Of a stretch of DNA of 21,307 nucleotides, positions 8,189-17,483 are shown piece by piece. Source of the stretch: Candidatus Thorarchaeota archaeon SMTZ1-45. Its GTDB lineage: Archaea; Asgardarchaeota; Thorarchaeia; Thorarchaeales; Thorarchaeaceae. Every line of letters starts with the position of its first letter. The stretch's first letter is position 1. The DNA lies in the NCBI GenBank assembly GCA_001563335.1, contig LRSL01000041.1, positions 1 to 21,307 on the forward strand, read 5' to 3'. The position numbers and the translations under genes were made by a program. The notes beneath the pieces are model-generated. The model was not told the origin of the DNA, ran no database searches, and saw only the letters and a list, made by a program, of their open reading frames with translations.

Positions 8189-9385
8189 TCAATCTTCAGG
8201 AAAGTAGTCTGATTCAAGGATTTCAGAATCTACAAGTCCTGCTGAAACAGCCATGATCTCTGCGATGTCAAGTACTCTTGTGTCCAAATCTGCTTCGTAA
8301 AAACCATGAGTCAGATTCATCTCACAGGCTGGACAAATTGTTGTCAATAACTCGGCTTCAGTTTCAACGAAATCTCGAATTCGTTCGTCTGCCACCCGTT
8401 GAGAATAGTCTGGAAACATAATCTTGCATCCACCACCACCCCCACAGCAGAAAGCATGCTCTCGGTTTCTAGACATCTCAGTGAACTCTATTCCTGGAAT
8501 TGAATTAAGTATAGCTCGTGGAGGATCATAGATATCTCGGTAACGTCCAATTTCACAAGGATCATGATATGTGATCTTCTTGTTGACGGGGTATTTGAAA
8601 TTCAACTTCTTTTGGTCAATTATCTCTAGTAAGACCTCGCTAGTATGACGAATTCTGATTGGTAACTTTTCCATTCCAAGAAGATGAGGATACTCTTCAT
8701 CAAAAGCTCTAAAGCAACTGGGGCAAGGTGTTATGATTTCCTTGACTCTACGACTCTGCAGTTTTTTCAAATATGCTTCAGCATATTCCTTAGCATTCTC
8801 CATCTTTCCGGTGACCCAGTAAGGAGTACCACAGCATTTTTGATCATCACCTAAGAAATCAAGTCGATAACCTGCTGCTTGAAGAAGACGAACAAGTATG
8901 TTTGTCTTCTCCTTAAAACGATGGCTGGCGAGACATCCAGGATAGAATAGGGTTCCTGAACCCTCTTTGAATTCGAGTTCCTTGGCCCACCTGTTATGCT
9001 CTTTAGGGGGATCTGCAAAGATATTTCCGGAACTTGTAACCGTAGCGGCCATATTCGCTCCAGCTTCAGGAATTTGAACTCCTTGCTCAACGAAGTCTTG
9101 ACGCATTGCTTTTGTAATCTCAATGACATCAATTTGAGCCGCTTTCTTGCATTCCTCTCTACAACGTCCACACATGAAACATCCAAAGATTCTTTCTGCA
9201 AGGTCTTCAGAGTATTCAAGATTTCCCTCAAGGATTGCCCTCGCAATAGCCATTCTACCTCTTGCTGTTGAAGATTCCCAGTGTTGTGTAAATATCTCAG
9301 GACAACGGTCATTGTAGTCAAATCCTCGACAAAACTCACATCTCCCGCAAGCATAGATCATATCTTTGTATTGTTCAATTCTCAT
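8189..9385 (-). CDS. Fe-S oxidoreductase, HdrD/GlcF-like (2x[4Fe-4S] plus two CCG domains)
   Basis: CGRCEFC...CP and CFMCGRCREEC; YPGC...CCG...CPSC; YHDPC...CCGGGGG...CPAC. The ATG overlaps the upstream stop (TGATG); the ORF track uses GTG 9388. Confidence 0.92.
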   Translation of the reverse strand: MRIEQYKDMIYACGRCEFCRGFDYNDRCPEIFTQHWESSTARGRMAIARAILEGNLEYSEDLAERIFGCFMCGRCREECKKAAQIDVIEITKAMRQDFVEQGVQIPEAGANMAATVTSSGNIFADPPKEHNRWAKELEFKEGSGTLFYPGCLASHRFKEKTNILVRLLQAAGYRLDFLGDDQKCCGTPYWVTGKMENAKEYAEAYLKKLQSRRVKEIITPCPSCFRAFDEEYPHLLGMEKLPIRIRHTSEVLLEIIDQKKLNFKYPVNKKITYHDPCEIGRYRDIYDPPRAILNSIPGIEFTEMSRNREHAFCCGGGGGCKIMFPDYSQRVADERIRDFVETEAELLTTICPACEMNLTHGFYEADLDTRVLDIAEIMAVSAGLVDSEILESDYFPED

Positions 9386-10767
9386 CACAATTCCTCCTCT
9401 GGGATGAAAATTCCACGTTGCAGGATGTTCTTTGGATCAAGTGTCTTTTTTAGGGTCTTGAGCAGACGGTAGTAACCAGTGTCCCGCTCAGCTACAAATC
9501 TACGGAGACCATCTCGTCCACCAATACCGTAAGGAACCACGGGTCCATTGAGAGTGATTTCATCAATCTCATCTGCCATCTTAACAAGTTCCTTCCAATC
9601 ATCGGGTTCTCTATAGTTGGTAACCATGAAAGCAAGCCAATCTCTCGGGAGAATTTGTCCACCAAAACCAGCTTTGGTATATCCTCGTTTTTGGATTACT
9701 TCCTCTCTCCAAACCTTATACAGAAAAGTGATATCGTCAATCCTAAGAGACCCTGCTCCGAAGAAATGCCATACTCCAGTATTGAATAAGTCAGCTAATC
9801 CAGTGAGTATTCTTCCAAAATAATCATCTGCTGGAGCACGGTCACCAATCTCTCCTCCAAGTTCTTTGATCTTCTCGATGATCTTCTTTTTTCGATGATC
9901 AACAATCTCCTGCTCGTAGCCAAATATATCCATCATCAAGAAAAAGACATCAGGTGCTGAAGGGTCAACCCAGAGATATATCCCCTGCATATACTCGTCA
10001 CCGACATGTCTGTTGATGAAGTGCCCAAATTCAATGACATCATCAAGTGTCTTCATTGTTGCTGTGAGTCGTTCCGAAATGTCAGTTACAGGTCGTATTC
10101 GTAGTGAGAGTTCTGTACAGACACCTAGAATTCCTTCCGCACCGATAAACATGCCAGCTAGATCAGGTCCAAGGCACTGACGTTTGAATTTTCCTGCGCT
10201 TGGCCAAGCTGCAGACCCCGTTTCCACTATGTCACCATTTGGTAAGACCATCTCTAGAGCGATTATATCCTGATTTCCATGGAAACCAAACTTGGCTGTT
10301 GAGTGTGGTCCGCCACCTGCTTTCATGACCGATCCTCCAACAGTCATTGCAGGTCCCCCTGCTTCACTGCAAAGGTACGTCAATCCTTTTTTACGTAATT
10401 CTCGATCTAGCTTAGCCCATGTGCAGTTGGGTTGCACACTAGCAACGAGATCACGCTCGTTTATTTCCAAGACCTTATTCATACGCCCTAAATCAAGCAT
10501 AATACCTGGTTCCTGAGGTAGATAAGCATCCCAGTGGGAAGTACCTCCGCCTCTAAGGTATACAGGATATTCATGGTCATTCGCTATTCTTAGAATAGCT
10601 TGAATCTCCTCCTTGGTTTCGGGCATAACAACATGGGTTGGCATCTTCTGCTCTGCGGGACTTAAATCACGACTATATGGAATCAAGTCAAAATCTCTAT
10701 CAGTTACACGACTCGGGCTAACAACATCCTGTAGAAGAGCAGTAACCTTCTTCATGTCGACCATCAT
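9385..10767 (-). CDS. FAD-binding oxidoreductase (GlcD/D-lactate dehydrogenase/VAO superfamily)
   Basis: PTHVVMPETKEEIQAIL, RGGGTS, TVGGSV, GPDLAGMFIGAEGILGVCTE and DPKNILQRG. Start placed at ATG 10767 (GGAGAG RBS at 10772-10777) rather than TTG 10818. Confidence 0.9.
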   Translation of the reverse strand: MMVDMKKVTALLQDVVSPSRVTDRDFDLIPYSRDLSPAEQKMPTHVVMPETKEEIQAILRIANDHEYPVYLRGGGTSHWDAYLPQEPGIMLDLGRMNKVLEINERDLVASVQPNCTWAKLDRELRKKGLTYLCSEAGGPAMTVGGSVMKAGGGPHSTAKFGFHGNQDIIALEMVLPNGDIVETGSAAWPSAGKFKRQCLGPDLAGMFIGAEGILGVCTELSLRIRPVTDISERLTATMKTLDDVIEFGHFINRHVGDEYMQGIYLWVDPSAPDVFFLMMDIFGYEQEIVDHRKKKIIEKIKELGGEIGDRAPADDYFGRILTGLADLFNTGVWHFFGAGSLRIDDITFLYKVWREEVIQKRGYTKAGFGGQILPRDWLAFMVTNYREPDDWKELVKMADEIDEITLNGPVVPYGIGGRDGLRRFVAERDTGYYRLLKTLKKTLDPKNILQRGIFIPEEEL

Positions 10768-10903
10768 CGTTCTCTCCAATGACACTGTTGAAATTGTCAT
10801 AGCAGTGTCAAACTTCAAGAGTAGTAGCCACCGATTAATTAAAGACTACGGTCAGAACCCAATTTAACTTGAGATTATAATTTCATAAAATCAGGGATGA
10901 CGC

Positions 10904-12031
10904 ATGAAGCCACGAGAGAGATTCCACGCTGCTGTGAACCATGAAGAACCAGATAGGGTGCCTTTGGATTATTGGACCACTCCACAAGCATATGAGAACC
11001 TTCGAGATTACTTAGATATCACAGCATCTGAAACTCAAGACTGGGGAATTATGTCTACATGGAAAACATCAGAAGAATTGTTGAAACGACTCAATTTAGA
11101 CTTTAGACGAGTCTATATGAAAACCGCTGTAGGTTTCAAACCTCAACCACTCCCTGATGGATCTGTTGAAACGGAGTTCAAGTGTGGCATGACATTGATA
11201 GGTGGATACTATGAGGTCACTTATTATCCATGGGCTGAGTTCACTGAAGTTGAACAAGTTGAAGAATTTGAGTGGATTGATCCAGATGACCCATCAAGAA
11301 TGGATGGAGTGCTAGAGTGGGCAAGATACCTCCATGAAGAAACAGATTATGCAGTTGTAGGTATGGTAGGTGGACCATGGGGAGTTTTTGAGGTTGTAGC
11401 ACACTACATGAGAGGGTTTGATAAATTCCTAATCGATCTTCTAAAACGACCGAATCTTGCAGAAGCTATGATGGAAAAAAGCATGAAACTTGCAATAGAA
11501 ATGAATCGTGTCCTTCTAGATGAAGTTGGAGAATATTTGGACATAGTACAAGTTGGGGATGATCTGGGTCATCAGGATGGACTCCTCATAAGCCCAAGGA
11601 TTTATCGTAACATGGTAAAACAACGACACAAGAAGATCTATAGTGACATCCATAGACGTGCACCACATGTCAAGATCCTCTATCACTCATGCGGTGCAGT
11701 AGAGCCCATGATTGAAGATTTGATAGAGGTCGATGTAGATATTTTGAATCCAATACAACCACTAGCAAAGGGAATGGACTCTGCACAACTCAAGAGAAAA
11801 TATGGCGATAGATTGACTTTCCATGGAGGAATAGACTTGCAACATGCCATGTCAGCCCAAGGTACAATTGAGGATGTTCGAGCAGAGGTTGATAGACGAG
11901 TAAAAGATCTTGCACCAGATGGCGGCTACATTCTTGCTCCTGCACACAACATTCAGCCAGAATCGACTCCAGAAAAAATCTTGGAACTTTATGATTATGC
12001 TACTAAGAAAGGCATGTACCCGATAGATTGA
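10904..12031 (+). CDS. Uroporphyrinogen decarboxylase / MtaA-CmuA (MT2) superfamily protein
   Basis: MKPRERFHAAVNHEEPDRVP N-terminus, GDDLG, YHSCG, LNPIQP, FHGGID and GGYILAPAHNIQ; this family commonly accompanies corrinoid methyltransferase systems. Confidence 0.88.
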   Translation: MKPRERFHAAVNHEEPDRVPLDYWTTPQAYENLRDYLDITASETQDWGIMSTWKTSEELLKRLNLDFRRVYMKTAVGFKPQPLPDGSVETEFKCGMTLIGGYYEVTYYPWAEFTEVEQVEEFEWIDPDDPSRMDGVLEWARYLHEETDYAVVGMVGGPWGVFEVVAHYMRGFDKFLIDLLKRPNLAEAMMEKSMKLAIEMNRVLLDEVGEYLDIVQVGDDLGHQDGLLISPRIYRNMVKQRHKKIYSDIHRRAPHVKILYHSCGAVEPMIEDLIEVDVDILNPIQPLAKGMDSAQLKRKYGDRLTFHGGIDLQHAMSAQGTIEDVRAEVDRRVKDLAPDGGYILAPAHNIQPESTPEKILELYDYATKKGMYPID

Positions 12032-12036
12032 AGCAC

Positions 12037-12705
12037 TCAAGGAATAGGTCTCTCTTTGTGAAGATCATGAGGATCTTTGCCTTCATCTAGTTTGTCTGCC
12101 CACCAATTGTCAGTTGCAACAACCTGTTCAGCATGTTTAAGGACTTCTTCTATTCGATCCGCGGGAATCACAACGATTCCATCACCGTCCCCGAAAATCA
12201 AATCTCCAGGATGAACGCTAACTCCACCACAGACAATGGGATTCTGGACAGACTCCATATTTAATCGACCCCTCATAGTTCCTGGATGACGACCTCTAGC
12301 AAAAACTGTGAAGTTCATGGCATCGATTTCATGTATGTCTCTTGAGGTGCCATCTACCACTGCTCCTTTAACACCTATAGGAATCCCAATTTTTGTCATA
12401 ATCTGACCCCAAGCTGAACAGTCTATAGCTCCAGCCATATCAATGACAATTATATCACCCTCTACAGCATTGGTAGCTAGACTCATGAAAACATCCAGTT
12501 GTTTCTCATCATATGGACGATTAGCTGGTGATCGTGTCAGCTTTCCAGTTCTAGCAAATCCTGCCATCCGCTTATTCTTAGTGAGAGGCAAAATACCTCG
12601 GTCCATACACACTTGTCCAAGTCCTATTTCATCTGCTGCATCAGATAATGCGGCTACATACAGTTTCATTGTTCGTTCAATTATAGAATTTCGATTAGTC
12701 GTCAT
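12037..12705 (-). CDS. RraA family protein / 4-hydroxy-4-methyl-2-oxoglutarate (HMG) aldolase-like
   Basis: AALSDA, GDIIVID, SAWGQIM, GAVVDGTSRDI (catalytic RD retained) and VHPGDLIFGDGDGIVVIP. Confidence 0.9.
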   Translation of the reverse strand: MTTNRNSIIERTMKLYVAALSDAADEIGLGQVCMDRGILPLTKNKRMAGFARTGKLTRSPANRPYDEKQLDVFMSLATNAVEGDIIVIDMAGAIDCSAWGQIMTKIGIPIGVKGAVVDGTSRDIHEIDAMNFTVFARGRHPGTMRGRLNMESVQNPIVCGGVSVHPGDLIFGDGDGIVVIPADRIEEVLKHAEQVVATDNWWADKLDEGKDPHDLHKERPIP

Positions 12706-12842
12706 AATTGTCGCTCCTCTTTGGTGTTATTTTGGATCAGCATGAAGTTACTATAGTAGGCTTTCAAGATTATACACGTATCTTAAAATTCCTGTGAAAT
12801 TGAAAACTTTATGCAGCAAATCACCATAGTCCATTAGATAGG

Positions 12843-12851
12843 TTATATAAA
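12843..12851 (+). promoter_or_regulatory. Archaeal TATA box for the aminotransferase-GRE unit
   Basis: TTATATAAA ending 38 nt upstream of ATG 12889, in the divergent intergenic region. Confidence 0.55.
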
Positions 12852-12888
12852 CTGGGAATTTCTCCGCAGGCTCTTAGGGGTAATAGTA

Positions 12889-14049
12889 ATGCTTGCTGAG
12901 AGAAATGTAGATGTTCCTGCGAGTGAAATCCGTAAAATCTTCAACAAGATAATTGGTAGAACTGATGTCTTTGATATGACTGTCGGGATTCCTGATTTTG
13001 ATACTCCAGAACATATCAAAGAAGCCGCAAAGAAGGCTCTCGATGATGGGTTCACTCGGTACACTCACAATGCAGGTTATATCGATGTGAGAGAAGCCCT
13101 CGCTCAGAAACTCAAACGTGACAATAATATTGAAGCAAATCCTGAAACCGAGCTGATATGTACAGCAGGTGGAATGGGAGCTCTTGTTCTTGCAAACATG
13201 GTTATCATAAATCCAAGAGAGGAGGTGATCTATCCAGACCCAGGATTTGTGAGTCATTATGCACACATTAAGCTAGCTGGAGGTGTGCCAGTTCCAGTTC
13301 AGCTAAAGAAGGAACATCGGTTCGGTTTCCTAGCAGAGGATATTGAAAGCAAGATTACTTCCAAGACAAAGATGATAGTACTTAATTCACCAAATAATCC
13401 GACTGGTGGAGTTATTTCCAATATGGAATTGAAAAGGATTGCAGAATTGTGTATTGAGAAGGATTTGTACGTGATTGCTGATGAAGCATATGAGAAATTT
13501 AGATACGTAGAAGAAGATCCTTTGTTCATTGGTTCACTCCCAGGTATGAAGGAGAGAACCGTTTCAATATTCTCACTTTCTAAGACCTACGCAATGACCG
13601 GGTGGCGTATCGCTGTCGCTACAGGATCCAGCGAGCTAATTGGTGCAATGACAAAACTCCAGGAACATATCATAGCTATGCCAACATCAATAGCCCAAAA
13701 AGCAGCAGCAGCTGCAGCAATTGGTCCCCAAGATTGTATCAGCGAGATGTTGCAGACATTTCGACGACGCCGGGACTTAATAACAAAGGGATTAAACGAT
13801 ATCGAAGGAGTTGAATTAGAACCTCCTGGAGGCGCCTTCTACGTATTCCCTGATGTGTCTGCATATGGTATAAAATCATATGATCTCGTTCACAAACTCC
13901 TAAATGAGACGAAAGTCGTCACAGTCCATGGAACAGCTTTTGGAAAATATGGGGAAGGATTCCTCAGGCTTTGTTATGCTGTTTCTACTGAGAGGATTAA
14001 TGAAGCACTCAGCAGATTAGATGGTTATCTACCAAAATTATTGCATTAA
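12889..14049 (+). CDS. PLP-dependent aminotransferase class I/II (aspartate aminotransferase-like)
   Basis: GIPDFDTP, LNSPNNPTG, ADEAY, SLSKTYAMTGWRIA (PLP lysine), GAFYVF and GFLRLCYA. Confidence 0.95.
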   Translation: MLAERNVDVPASEIRKIFNKIIGRTDVFDMTVGIPDFDTPEHIKEAAKKALDDGFTRYTHNAGYIDVREALAQKLKRDNNIEANPETELICTAGGMGALVLANMVIINPREEVIYPDPGFVSHYAHIKLAGGVPVPVQLKKEHRFGFLAEDIESKITSKTKMIVLNSPNNPTGGVISNMELKRIAELCIEKDLYVIADEAYEKFRYVEEDPLFIGSLPGMKERTVSIFSLSKTYAMTGWRIAVATGSSELIGAMTKLQEHIIAMPTSIAQKAAAAAAIGPQDCISEMLQTFRRRRDLITKGLNDIEGVELEPPGGAFYVFPDVSAYGIKSYDLVHKLLNETKVVTVHGTAFGKYGEGFLRLCYAVSTERINEALSRLDGYLPKLLH

Positions 14050-14098
14050 TTGTGTCAGATGCGAAAAGTAATGAATAGAAAAATCATTAGTGCGAAGG

Positions 14099-16411
14099 AT
14101 GACGTCCCGTAGTAAGCGCTTAAAGCAAAGAATGCTTGATGCCGAACCAACGATATCATCAGAGAGAGCTGTTCTCTTTACAGAATATGTTAGAGATAAT
14201 TTGTCTGAGCCAACAATACTGAAGAATGCAGGTGCGTTTGCTTATGTTCTTGATAATATAACAATCAGAATAGAGCCCGATGAACTTATCGTTGGGAACA
14301 TGGGACCAACTCCTCGATCCTGCCAAGTATTTCCAGAGTATAGCTGGAATTGGATTGAAGAAGAGTTAGACAGATTTGACAAACGCAGAACCGAGCGATT
14401 CTCAATAAGTGAAGAGGACAAACAGAATCTCCGGAGAGTGTTCCAATTCTGGAAGGGAAAGAGCACATCTGAAATTGCGGGGATAAGGATGCCACAAGAA
14501 TCGATAAAGGCATCAAAAGCAGGCCTATTCACGATTGGGGCTCCAGGTACAGGAATCGGACATGTTATTGTTGATTATGAAAAAGTGCTGCGGAAGGGAT
14601 TCCTCAGAATTCTAGACGAAATTGAAGGGATAGCAGGTGACTATTATGACGCAGTTCGTACTGAGATCATTGCAGTCCTCAGATATGTGGAAAGATTCTC
14701 TCATCTAGCGTCAGATATGGCAAAAAAAGAATCTGACAAAAAAAGGAGGGAAGAACTGAAAGAGATTGCTAGAATCTGTATGAAAGTGCCAGCTGAACCT
14801 GCAGGTTCATTTCATGAAGCGCTTCAATCTTTCTGGTTTATTCATCTCCTAATCCAGACAGAGTCTAATGGTCATTCAATGTCCACTGGAAGATTTGATC
14901 AGTACATGTTTCCATTTTACAAGAGCGATATCAAGAAAGGAAGAATCACCCAAGCTCATACGCTCGAACTTCTTGAGGCTCTTTGGGTAAAAATGACCTC
15001 TCTCATCAAGATACGAAATGAATACTATAGTATAGCATTTGCAGGTCATCCAATGTTCCAGAACCTCACAATAGGAGGACAGAACGAAGATGGATCTGAT
15101 GCATCGAATGATCTTGCTAGATTAATCCTTCAAGCGACTGCTAATATTAGAGTGACTCAACCGAGTGTTTCTTTCCGGTGGCACAAGAATACACCGGAAG
15201 ACCTCAAACTACAGGTGGTTGATGTAATATCTCAAGGACTAGGAATGCCAGGTCTCTTTAATGATGATGCAATCATACCAATGATGATTGAGAAGGGAAC
15301 TCTCCCATCAGAGGCCAATAATTACTCTATACTTGGATGTGTTGAACCAATAATTGGGGGAAAATCTGATCCAAGACAAAATATAGGGTATGTGAATCTA
15401 CCGAAGATACTTGAAGTAACACTGAACAATGGTAGAAATCCAAAAACAGGTGAACTAGTGGGAAAAGAAACCGGAGATCCTCGAGATTTCAAATCATTTG
15501 ATAAGTTGTGGTTAGCATTCAAGGAACAGATCGATTACACCATAGAGCTTTTGACTAATGCAGACAGAATTGCTGCAGAAGTTCTTGCAGAAAACACACC
15601 AACTCCCTTCATATCATCACTTCTTGAGGGATGCAATGAGTCAGGAAAGACAATGCAAGAAGGAGGAGCGATTTACAATTCAGGCGGAATCATGGGAGTT
15701 GGAATTGCTATCGTGGCGGACTCACTTGAAGTCCTAAGAAAGTTCATCTTCGAGAGGAAAGAGCTGACGATGGATGAGATGCTTCAGATTCTTGCTGACA
15801 ACTATGATGGTCATGAAGAACTGAGAATCAAGTTTGAGAATGATCCATCAAAGTATGGTAATGACATCGAGAGAGTGGACTTTATTGCAAGAGATACTGG
15901 AAGAGCTTTCTGCAATTCAATTCAGAGCAGGATGACAACAAGAAATGGCCCATATCATGGAGCTCTGTTCTCAGTTTCTATGTACATACCACAAGGCGAA
16001 GTTCTTGGAGCAACACCAGATGGAAGAAAAGCTGGTTATATGATTTCTGATGGAGTTTCACCGACTCAGAACAGAGATGTTAATGGACCAACAGCAGCGA
16101 TGAAATCTGTTGCTCGTTTGGATCATGCATTATGTTACAACGGTACACTATACAATATGAAATTCACACCAGACTTCTTTGATACTGAGTCGAGGAGAAA
16201 GAAATTCATCAGTATGGTTGACGCATACTTTGGAATGGGAGGTTTCCACGTACAATATAATGTGGTTTCAAGAGAAACCCTTGAAGATGCAAAAGTAAAT
16301 CCTCTGCAGCATAGAGACCTTATTGTTCGTGTTGCTGGATATAGTGCTTATTTCATCGAACTTGATCCCTTTGTTCAGGACGAGGTGATCGCTAGGACAG
16401 AGTTCTCTTGA
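14099..16411 (+). CDS. Glycyl radical enzyme, PFL2/diol-dehydratase-like, substrate unknown
   Basis: Cys loop SILGCVEP (single Cys, codon 15338), Gly loop LIVRVAGYSAYF (Gly codon 16337), plus GRFDQY, ATPDGR and FHVQYNVV. The ORF track starts at GTG 14090; in-frame ATG at 14099. Confidence 0.95.
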   Translation: MTSRSKRLKQRMLDAEPTISSERAVLFTEYVRDNLSEPTILKNAGAFAYVLDNITIRIEPDELIVGNMGPTPRSCQVFPEYSWNWIEEELDRFDKRRTERFSISEEDKQNLRRVFQFWKGKSTSEIAGIRMPQESIKASKAGLFTIGAPGTGIGHVIVDYEKVLRKGFLRILDEIEGIAGDYYDAVRTEIIAVLRYVERFSHLASDMAKKESDKKRREELKEIARICMKVPAEPAGSFHEALQSFWFIHLLIQTESNGHSMSTGRFDQYMFPFYKSDIKKGRITQAHTLELLEALWVKMTSLIKIRNEYYSIAFAGHPMFQNLTIGGQNEDGSDASNDLARLILQATANIRVTQPSVSFRWHKNTPEDLKLQVVDVISQGLGMPGLFNDDAIIPMMIEKGTLPSEANNYSILGCVEPIIGGKSDPRQNIGYVNLPKILEVTLNNGRNPKTGELVGKETGDPRDFKSFDKLWLAFKEQIDYTIELLTNADRIAAEVLAENTPTPFISSLLEGCNESGKTMQEGGAIYNSGGIMGVGIAIVADSLEVLRKFIFERKELTMDEMLQILADNYDGHEELRIKFENDPSKYGNDIERVDFIARDTGRAFCNSIQSRMTTRNGPYHGALFSVSMYIPQGEVLGATPDGRKAGYMISDGVSPTQNRDVNGPTAAMKSVARLDHALCYNGTLYNMKFTPDFFDTESRRKKFISMVDAYFGMGGFHVQYNVVSRETLEDAKVNPLQHRDLIVRVAGYSAYFIELDPFVQDEVIARTEFS

Positions 16412-16481
16412 CAATAGGTCGACAGATTTAACATTTCCATGAGATAGTATGCTCTTGTTAAACCTTGATGAGTTGAGAAAC

Positions 16482-17477
16482 ATGAGTTATGACGTAGTCA
16501 CCTTTGGAGAAGTAATGCTTCGCCTCTCTCCGCCTGACTTCAAGAGGTTTGAGCAGACTGAGAGATTTAATGCAAATGCAGGTGGAGCAGAGATGAATGT
16601 CGCTGTAGCTTGTGCGCGACTAGGACTGAAATCTGCATATGTCACTAAATTGGGAGACAATTCTATCGGACATTTCATACGGAACAAAGCTCGTGAACAT
16701 GGAGTTGATACATCACACATCCTGTGGGATGCAGGTAGTAGATGTGGTGTTTACTTTGTAGAATTTGGTGCAGCGCCACGTACAAACCGGGTCATCTATG
16801 ACCGTAAAGAGTCTGCAATAAGTAAGATAAAACCGGGAGAGGTTGATTGGAAAAAAATCCTGAAGGGAACTAAGCTATTCCACACAAGTGGAATTACACC
16901 TGCTCTCAGTTTAAGCTGTGCAGACGCAACTGATGAAGCTCTCAAGATAGCAAAAGAACAGGATGTCAAAGTTTCATACGATGTAAACTACAGAGGAAAA
17001 CTCTGGACTCCAAAAGAAGCGCAAAAATTCACAGAACCGGCCTCTGAGTATATTGATATTTTAATCACTACCGAGGAGGACACCAAGGTTGTCTATGGAA
17101 TTGAAGGAAAAGACTACGAAGATGTTGCTGCAAAACTGATTGACACATTTGGATTTGAGGTTGTGGTCATTACACTCAGGGAAACACCTTCGGTCTGGTT
17201 CAATAAGTGGTCAGTTTTCGCATATTCCAATGGAAAAGTGTTCAAAAGCCCAGTCTATGATGTCGAAATTGTGGATCGATTAGGTGGAGGCGACTCTTGT
17301 AGTGCAGGTTTTATCTATGGATATCTTGAGCTAAAAGATTTACAGAAAGCGGTTGATTTTGGCTCAGCATTCTCAGCACTGAAGCACTCAGTTCCTGGAG
17401 ACCTTGCTTTTGTTTACAAATCAGAGGTTGAAGAACTCATCAAAGGTCGCCAACGCGGTTTGCGTATTGAAAGGTGA
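16482..17477 (+). CDS. kdgK: PfkB-family sugar kinase, 2-keto-3-deoxygluconate kinase type
   Basis: VVTFGEVMLRLSP, GGAEMNVA, VIYDRKESA, SGITPAL, DVNYRGKLW and DRLGGGDS, as in KDG kinases. Start placed at ATG 16482 (ORF track 16449). Confidence 0.88.
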   Translation: MSYDVVTFGEVMLRLSPPDFKRFEQTERFNANAGGAEMNVAVACARLGLKSAYVTKLGDNSIGHFIRNKAREHGVDTSHILWDAGSRCGVYFVEFGAAPRTNRVIYDRKESAISKIKPGEVDWKKILKGTKLFHTSGITPALSLSCADATDEALKIAKEQDVKVSYDVNYRGKLWTPKEAQKFTEPASEYIDILITTEEDTKVVYGIEGKDYEDVAAKLIDTFGFEVVVITLRETPSVWFNKWSVFAYSNGKVFKSPVYDVEIVDRLGGGDSCSAGFIYGYLELKDLQKAVDFGSAFSALKHSVPGDLAFVYKSEVEELIKGRQRGLRIER

Positions 17478-17483
17478 AACGAT

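Noticed and set aside
14099-16411. Calling the GRE pyruvate formate-lyase, choline TMA-lyase (CutC) or HypD
   Set aside because: It has no CC pair (not PFL). The ESNGHS/GIGH motifs look diol-dehydratase-like rather than CutC-like, it has LGCVE rather than the SGCVE I recall for HypD, and there are no microcompartment or P5C reductase genes nearby.
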